Source: Squalus acanthias
Taxonomy: Eukaryota
Direction: 5' to 3'
Assembly (NCBI GenBank): GCA_030390025.1
Contig: CM059432.1
Span: 18,974,001 to 19,038,000, forward strand
DNA length: 64,000 bases
Shown: piece after piece, positions 37,940 through 51,240 of the stretch
How positions within the stretch are numbered: position 1 is the stretch's first letter
Layout: the number at the start of each line of letters is the position of its first letter
The notes under the pieces: generated by a model
What the model saw: the letters and a program-made list of their open reading frames with translations, nothing else
Told to the model about the DNA's origin: nothing
Databases searched by the model: none
Position numbers and translations under genes: made by a program

Positions 37940-38841
37940 GGGGGAAAAATTCAGTTGGTTGCGCCTCCCGTTAGCGCCTTAAGAGGGCGCTAATGGGGCG
38001 CAAAGCAACTAGCGCCCGGGCGCGGCGATGTGTGCGCCGCTCGCGAAATTAACTAGACTTTTGCGGTGGCACTAAACACTACCGCCACCATCTCCTGCGC
38101 CGTCAGATCGTGACATCAGTCGAGTGCGCAACGCCCCGGTAACGCCCCGGTAACGCCCCGGAGCGGATATTGAGTGGCGCCCCCTGCCTTACCGCCTGCC
38201 GCTAGCAATGACAGGTTGAGGGGAGCGTTTTGCAGTCGGGAAGGGACTGGGGGAGCGCTATTTAAAGGTGACCGCTTCCTGCCTTTTTTTGTTGATGACA
38301 TTTTTGAACCACGCATTCTGAGAGAGAGAGAGAGACTTCTGGAGAGATTCAACGCTGTGTGAAGGAGTTTTGGTTATTGAGCAGCACTTTGCAGGTTCAT
38401 TTTGATTTGCCCTTCCTTGTATCGATTTAGAAGAGACTGTGGGGGTTGCACTCTGAGCCCTTTCCCTGGTTATCTCCATTGTTCTTTCCAGCAGATTTGA
38501 TGTACAGGTCTCTCCAGGCCGAGATTCAAGGCTGCAATGAACAGGATGTGGATGGAAAGCAAGATTAACCATCCCCTTTAAGAACTGGCCGGTGCCAGTG
38601 TGTCTGTGTTCCATTGCTGACTGACATCACCTGAGCTTCGCCAGCGTTCTGAGTTAGCGCGTCGCTCCTCGGCCTTTGCACCTTAAGACAGATGTGTAGC
38701 GCCTGATTTAGCGCTCCAATCACCTCCAGGGGCGATAAAAGTCAAGTTTGCAGTCGGAGGCGATAATTAGCGGCAGGCGCTAATCTTTGCGCCAGGCTGA
38801 TAATTGCGCCCCAAACTGGGGCGATACTGAATTTTTCCCCC
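37940..38841. mobile_element. Non-autonomous PIF/Harbinger-like element (902 bp), second copy
   Basis: TIRs GGGGGAAAAATTCAG...CTGAATTTTTCCCCC, TSD TTA. Confidence 0.88.
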
Positions 38842-38953
38842 TTAAATCTTGGTCTTAGCACCACTGTCAGTAAAACACTCCTTCTATACTTAACAATCTA
38901 TGAGATGGATATAGATCTAAATATAAATATAGGGTTCTGTATCAACTCGTTAA

Positions 38954-38971
38954 CACACACGTTGGTCGCCA
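38954..38971 (-). promoter_or_regulatory. Primer-binding site, tRNA-Lys1,2-like
   Basis: TGGCGACCAACGTGTGTG, 2 nt downstream of the LTR CA; 14/18 match to TGGCGCCCAACGTGGGGC. Confidence 0.75.
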
Positions 38972-40086
38972 ACTGAAGGGATTTTTACTAGTCCTAGCCC
39001 CTTTAGGGCTACCCCGGATCAGGCGTATTTCTCAGACGTTCACTTTCAACTAAAGTTTGAGGTAGCCGAATCCTAAAGACACTTAATTGGGTCTAAAGGT
39101 CCAGGCTATCTCTCCCTAAAGGAAAGGAACAACCCGAGAATGTTACCGTCCTCCAGAGAGCACTTTTAATAAGTTTAGCTAGACTATAACGTCCCGGATA
39201 TTATGAGGGTCCGGAAAACTCCCTCAGAATTCTGCAACTCCTCACCAAAGAATGTACAGAGATTGAGTTTGCGAGTTTTTGATACAGAAGTCTTATGTGA
39301 GAGAATTCTAAAAATATATAGATTTATTGAAGAACCGACATGCAATTTACAATTGGTGAATCAGTCAATCGCAACATTAACCATTCTAAAAAGAGAAAAA
39401 ATGCTATCTTATTATTAACAGGGAATCTTACTTTTAAATCTTAACTTCGCTACAGTATTACAGTTCTTAAAGGTTCTCTATACAGGATATCCATCAATAT
39501 CAAATACCTTTGATCCCTGAGGTACAAAGAGTTGGAGACTACAGAGCTGCCTCTGAAGCCGAGAATCGCTTTGCCCGATTAAAGCGAGTCTGTTATCCCA
39601 TTTGAGAGTTCAATATTTATACCCTTTTCCAGTGGTATTTCCTTTAAGGATTTCTGCTGATGCAAGCTAATTATCTCTAGTCATTTTACTGCCGACCTCT
39701 GCAACTGCCACCTCAGCCAGAATCTTGTCTCATCTCTAGGTGTTCTAAGTTTACCATATAAATACAGTGTGATGGCAGGTGTTACGAGGGCAGATGTTCC
39801 TTATCTTACATGCTATCTTTACGAAGTTTAAATTAGAGCACCTTTTACAGGGTGAACCATTGTTTTTTTTTCCCAAAAGGTCAGCCTGTCAGAGCCCTTC
39901 ACCTTCTGTTTCAATAAGGTTATTTATTCAGGGTCAACAAGTGTCTTATCTCAATAGCCAGAATGCTTTCATAGCTATTTCATAGGTTTCTAAATTTCCA
40001 AACCTAGTTTGTCATGTTTTAATAAGGCCAGAATTCTTTCATAAGATAGTGTATTTTTCTAAATAGTTATATGGCTTATTCCTTCA

Positions 40087-40525
40087 CATATACAGCGCCT
40101 TTCTTGACCACCAGATGTCCCAAAGTGCTTTACAACCAATGAAGTACTTTTTGAAGCGCAGTCACTGTTTTAATGTAGGAACAGCAGCAGCAAATTTGCA
40201 CACAGCTAGCTCCCATAAACAGCAATGTGATAATGACCAGATAATCTGTTTTAGTGATGTTGATTGAGGGGTAAATATTGGCCAGGACACCAGGGAGAAC
40301 TCCCCTGCTCTTCTTCGAAATAGTGCGATGGGATCTTTTACGTCCACCTGAGAGAGCAGACGGAGCCTTGGTTTAACGTCTCATCCGAAAGACGGCACCT
40401 CCGACAGTGCAGCACTCCCTCAGCACTGCACTGAGTTCCAGCCTAGATTTTTGTGCTCAAGACTCTTGAACCCACAACCTTCTGACTCACAGGCGATGGT
40501 GCTACCAACTGAGCCACAGCTGATA
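40087..40525 (-). mobile_element. DeuSINE-like SINE whose tail (continuing at 37330-37350) was the ERV target
   Basis: Matches 14508-14965; aaagacttgcattcata|...|catatacagcgcc rejoins across the ERV. Confidence 0.85.
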
Positions 40526-41849
40526 CTTTATGTGCTATATATCTATGATTCCAATGGGGTAAAATTCAATTACAATGGGAGAGGAAAGCGGGCGATAGCG
40601 GATCAGCTGCCCGTTATACACCTCACACGATTTAATTTTCCATTAAAGTCTCATCCAGCTTCAAGTAAGACCAACTATGACAAAATGGTTAAGTTGATAC
40701 TTAATTGTTGCTGGTGTTTAATGAATAATTATACCAAGCTTCAGTTGTTAGTGGGAATTTCAGGTTACTTCTAATTTGGAAGCAGAAAGCATGAAACTTG
40801 ATTCTTCAAAGTGAAAATGTATCTGAATATCAAAACGAGTTCAACATAGCAGTGGGTATTATCTTCATCTCCTTAGCATAGATGAAACTGTTTTTGTGTG
40901 GCTATGGAATCTCAGTCCCCTACAGCATACCTTTCAATTAGAGATAGGAGTTTGCTAATTAAATGACTCAGTAAAGAAAGTTGCTCCACCCCTCTCATCA
41001 ATGATTTCCACTGTGTCATCACCATATAAATAGCCCGAAAGGGATAATGTTTAAATCACTTAGTGCTTCTTTATTACAAGTAGTCACTATTAACTGCACC
41101 AATGACATGCTTGATCCAAATCAGAATTTGAGAAATCACTGGTAGAGTTTCCATTAAACTTTCAGGTTATTACATTCACATTCATTTTTGCCCACTATTA
41201 TTAGAACTGCATGTCACTCCCTGGGGGTTATAATGAGGGGCCCTCAGAGTCTATTTAATCAGGAAAAAATATTAGATTAACTGCATGATGCAGGCAATTA
41301 CTTTTAATTTACAATTTAATCCACCTGGGACTTGGATCATGCAGTTATAGGATGAAAATCTCCTGCTCCACTGTCCACGGCAAAACCTTGGAGAGAAAGT
41401 TGGAGTTTCTGCGCTCAAATTGTTCCCGGCTATTTGTGCCTTTTTTAGTTGTTGCAATAGTGCTGCAATTTAGTAACAATATGAACTTGTTGCACATTTT
41501 AAAAGCAATTCTTAAAATAATGTGTTGTCAGCACTGTAAAATCTTTCACCAGGTAACGCACCGGGGGTGACTCTCATCTCACTACCACCCACTTATGCCA
41601 AAAATGGAGCAGTAGCAGGACCAAAATTGCTTCGAGGATTGACCCACTGACAATGCTGTTTGTCCACCGGCACGGATTTCAATTTAGGCGATCAGAGCTC
41701 CCGCTGGAAACATGCAGTGGCCCCCATTAATATGTGCAACTTTGGGGGTCACATGAAGCAGTTAAGGCGCCATCGTTATTTGCATCTCTAGCTACGTATG
41801 TACCACCAGTTTCTGATCATAGGCCGCGACTTCCTGTGGTATTTAAAGG

Positions 41850-44717
41850 GAGTATGGCAAGGCTGGATGGCATTTATTTCAATGCAAGGAGTCTTGCGAG
41901 TAAGGCAGATGAATCGAAGGTGTTGATGAACACATGGGAGTATGATATTGTTGCTATCACAGAGACATGGTTGAGGGAGGGGCAGGAGTGGCAGCTCAAG
42001 ATTCCGGGGTATAGAATCTTCAGGCGCGACAGAGGGGGGTGTAAAAGAGGAGCGGGTGTCGTAGTATTAATCAAGGAGTCCATTACTGCTGTAAGGAGGG
42101 ATGATATCTTAGCAGGTTCCTCTAATGAGGCCATATGGGTAGAACTTCAAAACAAAAAGGGGGCAAGCACTTTGCTGGGAGTGTACTATATGGCCCCAAA
42201 CAGTCAGGGGGAGATAGAGGAACAGATATGTAGGCAAATCTCAGAGAAGTGTAGAAATAATAGGGTAATAATAGTAGGAGATTTCAACTTCCCCAATATT
42301 AACTGGGATTGTCAGTGTGTGAAAGGCTTAGAGGGTGCGGAATTCTTAAAGTGTATCCAGGAGAGCTTTTTGAGCCAGCATGTAGAAAGTCCTACAAGTG
42401 AGGGATCTAATTCTAGGGAATGTAGCTGGGCAAGTGGTAGAAGTGTCAGTAGGAGAGCATTTTGGTGACAGTGACCATAATTCGGTGAGATTTAAGGTAG
42501 TCATGGAAAAGGACAAAGATGGACCGGAAACAAAGGTTCTAAATTGGGGGGAAAGCCGATTTTAATATGATAAGGCAGGATCTGGCCAAAGTAGACTGGG
42601 ATCAGCTACTTGTAGGAAAATCCAAATCAGAGCAGTGGGAGTCTCTCAGAAAGGAAAGAGAGAGAGTACAACGCCAATATGTTTCCGTAAAGGTCAACAA
42701 GCCCAGGGAATGCTGGATGTCAAGGGATATACGAGAATGGATTAGGAAAAAAAGGGAGGCTTTTGGCAGATACAAAGGACTAAAAACAGTGGAAGCCCTA
42801 GAGGAGTATAGAAAGTGCAGGGGGATACTTAAAAATTAAATTAGAAGAGCGAAGAGGGGGCATGAAAAAACACTGGAGGGCAAAATAAAGGAAAATCCCA
42901 AGGTGTTTTATAAGTATATTAAGGGCAAGAGGATAACCAAGGAAAGAGTAGGGCCCATTAGGGACCAAAGTGGCAATCTGTGTGTAGAGCCGAAAGATGT
43001 GGGTGAGGTTTTAAAAGAATATTTTGCATCTGTGTTCAGTATGGAGAAGGACGATGTAGGCATAGAAATCAGGCAGGGGGATTGTGATATACTTGAACAA
43101 ATTAGTATTGAGAGGGAGGAGGTACTAGCGGTTTTAGCGGGCTTAAAAGTGGATAAATCCCCAGGCCCAGACGAGATGTATCCCAGGCTGCTGTGTGAGG
43201 CAAGGGAGGAGATTGCAGGGGCTCTGACACAAATTTTCAGATCCTCTCTGGCCACAGGGGAGGTGCCAGAGGACTGGAGGACAGCTAACGTAGTACCATT
43301 ATTCAAGAAGGGTAGTAGGGATAAACCAGGGAATTACAGTCCAGTGAGCCTAACATCAGTGGCAGGGAAATTATTGGAAAAAATTCTGAGGGACAGAATT
43401 AGTCTCCACTTGGAGAGGCAAGGATTAATCAAGGATAGTCAGCATGGCTTTGTCAGGGGGAGATCATGTCTGACCAATTTGATTGACTTTTTTGAGGGGG
43501 TGACTGGATGAGGGTAGTGCAGTTGATGTAATCTACATGGACTTCAGTAAGGCTTTTGACAAAGTCCCGCATGGGAGACTGGTCAAGAAGGTAAGAGCCC
43601 ATGGGATCCAGGGCAATTAGGCACATTGGATCCAAAATAGGCTTAGTGGCAGGAGGCAGAGGGTGATGGTCGAAGGTTGTTTTTGTGACTGGAAGCCTGT
43701 GTCCAGTGGTATACCGCAGGGATCGGTGCTGGGTCCTTTGCTGTTTGTAGTGTACATTAATGATTTAGATATGAATGTAGGAGGTATGATCAGTAAGTTC
43801 GCAGATGACACGAAAATTGGTGGAGTGGTAAATAGTGAGGAGGGAAGCCCCAGGCTACAGGACGATCTAGACGGGTTGGTCAGATGGGCAGAACAGTGGC
43901 AAATGAAATTTAAACCTGAAAAGTGTGAGTTGATGCATTTTGGGAGGACTAACAAGGCAAGGGAATACACAATGAATGGTAGGATCCTAGGAAGGACAGA
44001 GGATCAGAGGGACCTTGGTGTGCATGTACATAGATCCCTGAAGGCAGCAGGACAGGTAGATAATGTGGTTAAAAAGGCATATGGGATATTTGCCTTCATT
44101 AGCCGAGGCATAGAATATAAGAGCAGGGAGGTTATGATGGAGCTGTACAAAACGCTAGTTAGGCCACAGCTAGAATACTGCGTGCAGTTCTGGTCACCAC
44201 ACTATAGGAAGGATGTGATTGCATTGGAGAGGGTGCAGAGGAGATTCACCAGGATGTTACCTGGGCTGCAGCGCTTCAGCTATGAAGAGAGACTGGACAG
44301 GCTGGGGTTGTTTTCCTTTGAGCAGAAAAGGCTGAGGGGGGACCTGATTGAGGGGTACAAAATTATGAGGGGCATAGATAGGGTAGATAGAAAGGAACTT
44401 TTCCCCTTAGTCGAGGGGTCAATAACCAGAGGGCATAGTTTCAAGGTAAGGGGCAGGAGGTTTAGAGGGGATTTGAGGAAAAACTTTTTCACCCAGAGGG
44501 TGGTTGGAATCTGGAACTCACTGCCTGAAAGGGTGGTAGAGGCAGGAACCCTCACAACATTCAAGAAGCATTTAGATGAGCACTTGAAACGCCATAGCAT
44601 ACAAGACTACGGACCAAGTGCTGGAAAATGGGATTAGAATAGACAGGGCTTGATGGCCGGCGAGGACACGATGGGCTGAAGGGCCTCTTTCTATGCTGTA
44701 TAACTCTATGACTCTAT
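41850..44717 (+). mobile_element. CR1 LINE with nearly complete but broken ORF2 (APE endonuclease + RT)
   Basis: YFNARS, AITETW, VGDFNFPNINW, then RT ORFs 42903-43511 and 43663-44637; (CTATGACT) tail. Confidence 0.95.
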
Positions 44718-45265
44718 GGATCCTCAGCTGCAGTGAGGATGCATGACCTTTGAATGGTGTCGAGCTAGCTAAAGGTGGAGCTGATAGAGATCCATGGGTG
44801 TCAGTATACTTTCCAATCGTGGCATAGAATGGACAGTCAGGCATCATGGGATTGGGAGGAGAACTTGACTACCGAGGGGGTGGGTGTAATTTTCCGTGAT
44901 TGTCGGCAGGAACGTGATATACATTACTGTCACTAGTATAAAGCAAGCATTTCAGAGAAGGCCATTCTGTGCTGTTAGCAGACTGGTTATTTTCAATTGC
45001 TGCAAATGAAACCAGATAATTAAGTAATTTTGCCGCAGGGTATTTTGGCAACTCTTTTTTTTTAATCAAATTATTTTTGCTAAGGTTTTTAGCCAGAAGT
45101 TTTGGTACGGTTATTTTCTGTTTTTGCAATTATAATTTGCAATTCTCATGGGGATCCTATAATTTATCTGTTATTCGAAGGAGGAAGAAGAGGAGGGATG
45201 CCAGGCAAGTGAGATTCCACCCGAGATGGACTGCTCACACCCAATGTTAGCTAGAGACCCATATC

Positions 45266-45640
45266 TACAGGCAGAGGCACACCTGGCTTGGCATGTCTGA
45301 GGAAAACTATTTTCATTGGCTGTGCTTCATTTGAGAGTCGGTGATCGAGTTGTGCTATCTGCTGGAAAACCTACCTCCACAAGAGCATGCACAACCACTG
45401 GTTACCAAGATCACCACAGGCCTGATTTTTTATGCGTCTAGCTGCCACTGGGGATATCAGCAATCAATCTGCAGTTCACAAGTGCATCAAGACTATTATT
45501 AAGTGTTGATTGGCAGAGCGAGCAGTTTCATCCCTTTCCTTGTGGACACCCTGCACCATGGTGGGAGAGCACTTCATTCTTTCTGATAGGAGGATTTCCC
45601 CAAAGTCAAGGCATCATTGATGACACCCATGTGACCCTAT
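45266..45640 (+). pseudogene. Decayed Harbinger (HARBI1-like) DDE transposase fragment within a larger remnant (~44875-45962)
   Basis: Pieces read YRQRHTWLGMSEE, VIELCYLL, KITTGLIFYAS, QSAVHKCIK, GFPQSQGIIDDTHV (cf. GFP.V.GAIDCTHV). Confidence 0.75.
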
Positions 45641-47164
45641 GGACTCAGTGGTAGCACCCTGACCTCTGAAGATTTTAGGTTCAAGTCCTCCTGATCTCGG
45701 ACTCCGCCCCGCCTGATCGCCGCTACCCTCCCACCTGGCCACCGTTACCCTTTCGACCTGATCACCCCCTTCCCAGTCACCCCCTGCCCAGTGCCCTTTA
45801 ACGACTTAGCTGGCATTGCAGCACCTAATCTTTGACTCTTTTTCGTCAGCTCCATGATAATGAAGCCCGAGGCCCAATATCATGTGCGACTTGGGCCTAA
45901 CCATTCAGGCATGGGGATAAATCCTGACGCCCCATTTTTGGGCAAGCTCGAATTTCTAGGCCGTCCTGTCTTCCTCTGTGATTAGGTGAAACAGCATGAT
46001 TATCTTTTCCTGCCAGTAAAAGGAATTGTTTGGGTGGGAAGGCCTTAAATCTTAGGGCCTGCTTTCTTCTACAACTTCTTTTGCATCATTTTGTAGTTTT
46101 GTTCACCCCTTCTGATGTGGACATTTGATATGGGTCATTTTGCTCAGAAATTTCGGTGTCCACTTCATTTTGTGCAAGTATAAAGTTTTGTGCTTATAAT
46201 TGTTTCCTTTTTTGAATTTTCCTAAATTATTTAATATATCAGTACCATAGTCCCAAAAATGTTCTTACGTTTCTGTGGAATTTGGAATGGTTTTGCATTG
46301 CTCACTATCAGGGAACTTAAGCCTGGCTCATTATCAAAAGCTGTTGTTTAATCGGAATGATTACATCAAACATTCTAACGGATGGCTAATTTACTGATGA
46401 CATCAAATTAAAATGGGGAAAAGGGAGTCAAACTGATGTTAGTACTGGGATATTAATTGCAGGGAATTACCGCACATTTCCTGCTTAAGTAGCCTCAACA
46501 GCTATACATGAAATTATTCCGCTAATAATCTTTAGCAATCTTTAGAAGTAACAAGTCATGCGGCAGTGCAGTAAAATAAACAAGTTGGGACTACCACACC
46601 TAAAGCAAGATAAAACAGAATTAGAGTTGCAGTCATAGGTTGCCATGTTTGACATAATAACCAAGTGTTTATGGCTGATTATGTTTATTTCAGTACCTTG
46701 TGTAAAAGAGAAGCTTGTGTACAGCAGCATCGATACTGTAATATAGTCATTGCAAATCCTACATTTCATTTTCTGCTGATGAATTCATCTTGTTTCAGTC
46801 AGTCTCCCTCTATTTTAAGGCTCCACACTGCAATCTCAAATGACACCTTCACTAAATTCCCATCCTATTAAATTAGGATAATCACATGGCTCCAATATTT
46901 ACACGTTGAATCAGAGAAGGATTTAATAGAAATGGGTGTCATTTAAGTGTCACTGGATGTAGTTTCTGTTATGTAGATTGAAGGTTACAGTAATGTACTT
47001 TTCACTATTTATATCAAGCAATTGAGACTTTATATTGTACGAGTGCAAAATGTAAACAGTTTTGAGGTTTAAACTAATTTGTTTCATGAGAACCTTCAAT
47101 GTTTATAAAGTTAGGTGCCGTTCATCCCATTTGTGGGAATGGAATGAGCAAGCAAATATTTTTT

Positions 47165-49195
47165 AAAGAAAAAAGGTGGGACTAACAAATCTAGAGCCCC
47201 CTGAATGTCTAGGGACATACAGGGTAGGATAAAGAAAAAAAGGGAGGCGTATGACAGATACCGAGGGCTAAATACTGCAGAATCTTTAGAGGAGTACAGA
47301 AAGTGCATGGGTGCAATTAAAAAGGATATTAGGAAAGCAAAGAGAGAGCATGAAAAATTCTTGGCAAGTAAAATCAAGGAAAATCCAAAGATGTTTTATA
47401 AATATATTAAGAGTAAGAGGATAACTAAAGAAAGGGTAGGGAGTATTAGAGATCATAAGGGTAAACTGTGTGCGGAGGTGGGAGCTGTCGGTAGGGTTCT
47501 TAATGAATACTTTGCGTCTGTTTTCACAAAGGAGAGGGGCGAAGCAGACATTGCTATCCGGGGAGAAGATGTGAAATATTAGATGAAATAAACATAGTGA
47601 GAGAGGAAGTACTAAGGGGTTTAGCAGCTTTAAAAGTGGATAAATCCCCAGGCCCAGATGAAATGTATCCCAGGCTGTTAAGCGAAGCAAAAGAGGAAAT
47701 AGCAGAGGCCCTGACAATCATTTTTCAATCCTCTCTGGCTTCAGGTGTGGTGCCGGAGGACTGGAGGACTGCTAATGTGGTACCCTTGTTTAAAAAGAGA
47801 GAAAAGGATAGACCGAGTAATTATAGGTCAGTCAGCCTAACCTCGGTGATGGGAAAATTATTGGAAGGAATTCTGAAGGACAGGATAAATCTTCATTTAG
47901 AAAGACATGGATTAATCAAAGATAGTCAGCACGGATTTGTTAAGGGAAGGTCATGTCTGACAAACTTGATAGAATTTTTAGAGGAGATAACAAGGAGGGT
48001 AGATGAGGGTAGTGTATTAGATGTAGTGTATATGGACTTTAGCAAGGCTTTTGATAAGGTTCCACATGGCAGACTGGTCACAAAGTTAAAAGCCCATGGG
48101 ATCCAGGGCAAAGTGTCAAGTTGCATTCAAAACTGGCTCGGAGGGTAATGGTTGATGGGTGTTTTTGTGACTGGAAGGCTGTTTCCAGTGGGGTTCCGCA
48201 GGGCTCAGTACTAGGTCCCTTGCTTTTTGTGGTATATATCAATGATCTAGACTTGAATATAGGGGGTATGATTAAGAAGTTTGCAGATGATACTAAAATC
48301 GGCTGTGTGGTTGATACTGAAGAAGGAAGCTGTAGACTGCAGGAAGATATCAATAAATTGGTCAGGTGGGCAGAACAGTGGCTAATGGAATTCAATCTGG
48401 AGAAGTATGAGGTAATGCATTTGGGGAGGGCTAACAAGGAAAGGGAATACACATTAAATGGTAGGACACTGAGTAGTGTAGAGGAACAAAGGGACCTTGG
48501 AGTGCACGTCCACAGATCCCTGAAGGTAGCAGGCCAGGTAGATAAGATGGTTAAGAAGGCATACGGAATGCTTGCCCTTATTAGCCGTGGCATAGAATAT
48601 AAGAGCAGGGGGTTATGCTTCAACTGTATAAAACACTAGTTAGGCCTCAGCTAGAGTACTGCGTGCAGTTCTGGTCACCACATTACAGGAAAGATGTGAT
48701 TGTACTAGAGAGGGTACAGAGGAGATTTACAAGGATGTTGCCGGGAGTAGAGAATCTTAGCTATGAGGAAAGACTGGATGGCTGGGTCTGTTTTCCTTGG
48801 AACAGAAGAGGCTGAGGGGAGACCTTATTGAGGTGTATAAAATTATGAGAGGCATAGATAAAGTGGATAGAAAGGACCTATTTCCCTTAGCAGAGGGGTC
48901 AAAAACCAGGGGGCACAGATTTAAAGTAATTGGGGGAAGGTTTAGAGGGGATTTGAGGGGAAGTTTCTTCACCCAGAGGTTTGTGGGGGTCTGAAACTCA
49001 CTGCCTGAAAAGATGGTAGAGGCAGGAACCCTAACCTCATTTAAAAAGTACTTGGATGTGCACTTGGGATGCTCTAACCTGCAGGGGTACAGACCTAGAG
49101 CTGGGAAGTGGGATTAGGCTGGATAGCTCTTTGTTGGCCGGCGCGGACACGATGGGCTGAAATGGCCTCCTTTCTATGATTCTATGATTCTATGA
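47165..49195 (+). mobile_element. 5'-truncated CR1 LINE
   Basis: ORFs 47205-48994 tile the RT; (CTATGATT)n tail. Confidence 0.93.
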
Positions 49196-49714
49196 ACTAT
49201 TTCCCCATTGATACATTCAGTATTAGGGTAACATTTATGATATCTTTCATTCAAATCAATACTTCACATATAATTTTAGATATTATTGTTCGCACTATCA
49301 CAAATGCTGAATTAGTTCATATAACATGACTGTTTGCTATTTTAATGGATTAACATCCACTAGTACTGCCAACAGCAATTTCTAGCCTATTTTTTTCCAC
49401 TCAAAGTTGTATATCATTCTATGTAAACAATCTCCTCTGTTATTGTAAATGTTATATTTTCTGTGCTGAAGAAACTGAAGTATTGCAGTGCTGGGAAGCA
49501 GAATACTTTTTTGCTTTTCATTGCTCGTAACAACATCAGGTGCTCCCAGATTAATTATAGCATAGACCGGATGCAAGGTTAGGTTCCCTCTGCTCTTGTG
49601 ATCTACCTGAGCCTCAACCTCAGAAGGTCACCTCCTTCTGCGCCAGTGTAAACTATCCCATTTCCCACGCCAGCCATTTTTATGGTGTCTCTGAGTGAGA
49701 CTTCTAATTTATGA

Positions 49715-51240
49715 CAGAATCATAGAAATTTCAGTACAGAAGGAGGCCATTCAGCCCCGAGATCATTGTGCCAGTGTGGGCTGTACTGTAATCCCATATC
49801 CCTGTAACCTTTAGCATCCTTTTCCTTCATCAAGTGTTAATTTAATTTCCTCTTAAGTGTTCTGATTATGACTTCAATAGCCACTTGTGACGAAGCATTT
49901 CCTATCCCAATGACCCTTTTGTATAAAATAAACCATCTAACTTTCTTCTTTATACGCATTGTATTAAACTTGAGTTTATGCCACATTTAAAAAAATTAAT
50001 TGACCAATGGAAATAATGTTATACTCTGCACTCTGACAAAGCCTTTCATAAGTTTGAACACTTCTAGAATCATAGAATGATACAGCACAGAAGGAGGCCA
50101 TTCAGCCCATCTTGCCTGTGCCGGCTCTTTGGTGCAACTGTCCAATTAATCCCACTCCCCTGCTCTTTCCCCATAGCCCTGTAATTTTTTCCCACTTCAA
50201 GTATTTATCCAGTTCTCTTTTGAATGCTACTATTGAATGTGCTTCCACCGCCCTTTCAGGCAGTGCATCCTAGATCTCAACAACTCGCTGTGTAAAAAAA
50301 TGTTTCCTCATGTCGCCTCTGGTTCTTCTGCCAATCACCTCAAATCTGTGTCCTCTGGTTACCGACCCTTCAGCCACTGGAAACAGTTTCTCCTTATTTA
50401 CATTATCAGAACCGTTCATGATTCAGAACACCTCTATCAAATCTCCTCTTAACCTTCTCTGCTCTAAGGAGAACAACCCCAGCTTCTCCAGTCTCACCAC
50501 ATAACTGAAGTCTTTTATCCCTGGTACCATTCCAGTAAATCTCTACTGCACCCTCTCCAAGGCCTTGACATCCTTCCTGAAGTGTGGTGCCCAGAATTGA
50601 ACACAATACTCCAGCTGGGGCCTATCCAGTGTTTTATAAAGGTTTAGTACAATGTCCTTGCTTTTTCACTCTATTCCTGTATTAAAAAAGCCAAGGACCC
50701 CGTATGCTTTTTCAACAGCCTTCTCAACTTGTCCTGCCACCTTCAAAGATTTGTGTACATACACCCCCAGGTCTCTCTGTTCTTGCACCCCCTTTAATAT
50801 TGTACCATTTAGTGTGTATGGTAACTCCTCATTCTACCTACCAAAATGCATCACTTCACACTTCTCTGCGTTAAATTTCATCTGCCTACCTCACCAGTCT
50901 GTCTATGTCTTCTCGAAGTGTGTTACTATCCTCTTCATTTTTTACTACTTTCTATTAGATCTTCCCTTAAGCCTCTCTGCTCTACCTTATAAGTTACTGA
51001 TCATAAATGTATCCATCTATATCTGTCTGTTCCGAGTAAATCTATGTTGCACCTTTCCCATGGCTTTCATATCCTTTCTGTAATAAGTTACCCAAAATTG
51101 CACACAACTCTCCAAACATACCTGAGCAATATCTTTCACAGACTCATAATCACCTTCTTGCTTCTGTATTTCATGCTTTATATAAAATCTAAAATCCAAT
51201 TGTCCTTTTTGTGGCTTTGTCCACATGGAATCCAGTTTCC
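49715..51240 (-). mobile_element. Nested CR1 3' fragments (younger 50065-50950 among older ones)
   Basis: Tails agaatcataga at 49717 and 50066; minus-strand RT C-terminal motifs. Confidence 0.8.

Larger units (their letters stand above)
37351..40086 (-). mobile_element. Internally deleted endogenous retrovirus, spuma/class III-like
   Basis: 5' LTR 40086-38974 (TGAAGG...CCTTCA), PBS 38971-38954, RNase H fragment 37483-37785, last 137 bp of the 3' LTR 37487-37351, TSD CATA. Confidence 0.8.

Noticed and set aside
46262..46300. Minus-strand ccacAG|AAAC|GTAAGA possible 4-nt exon
   Set aside because: Weak polypyrimidine tract; likely chance.
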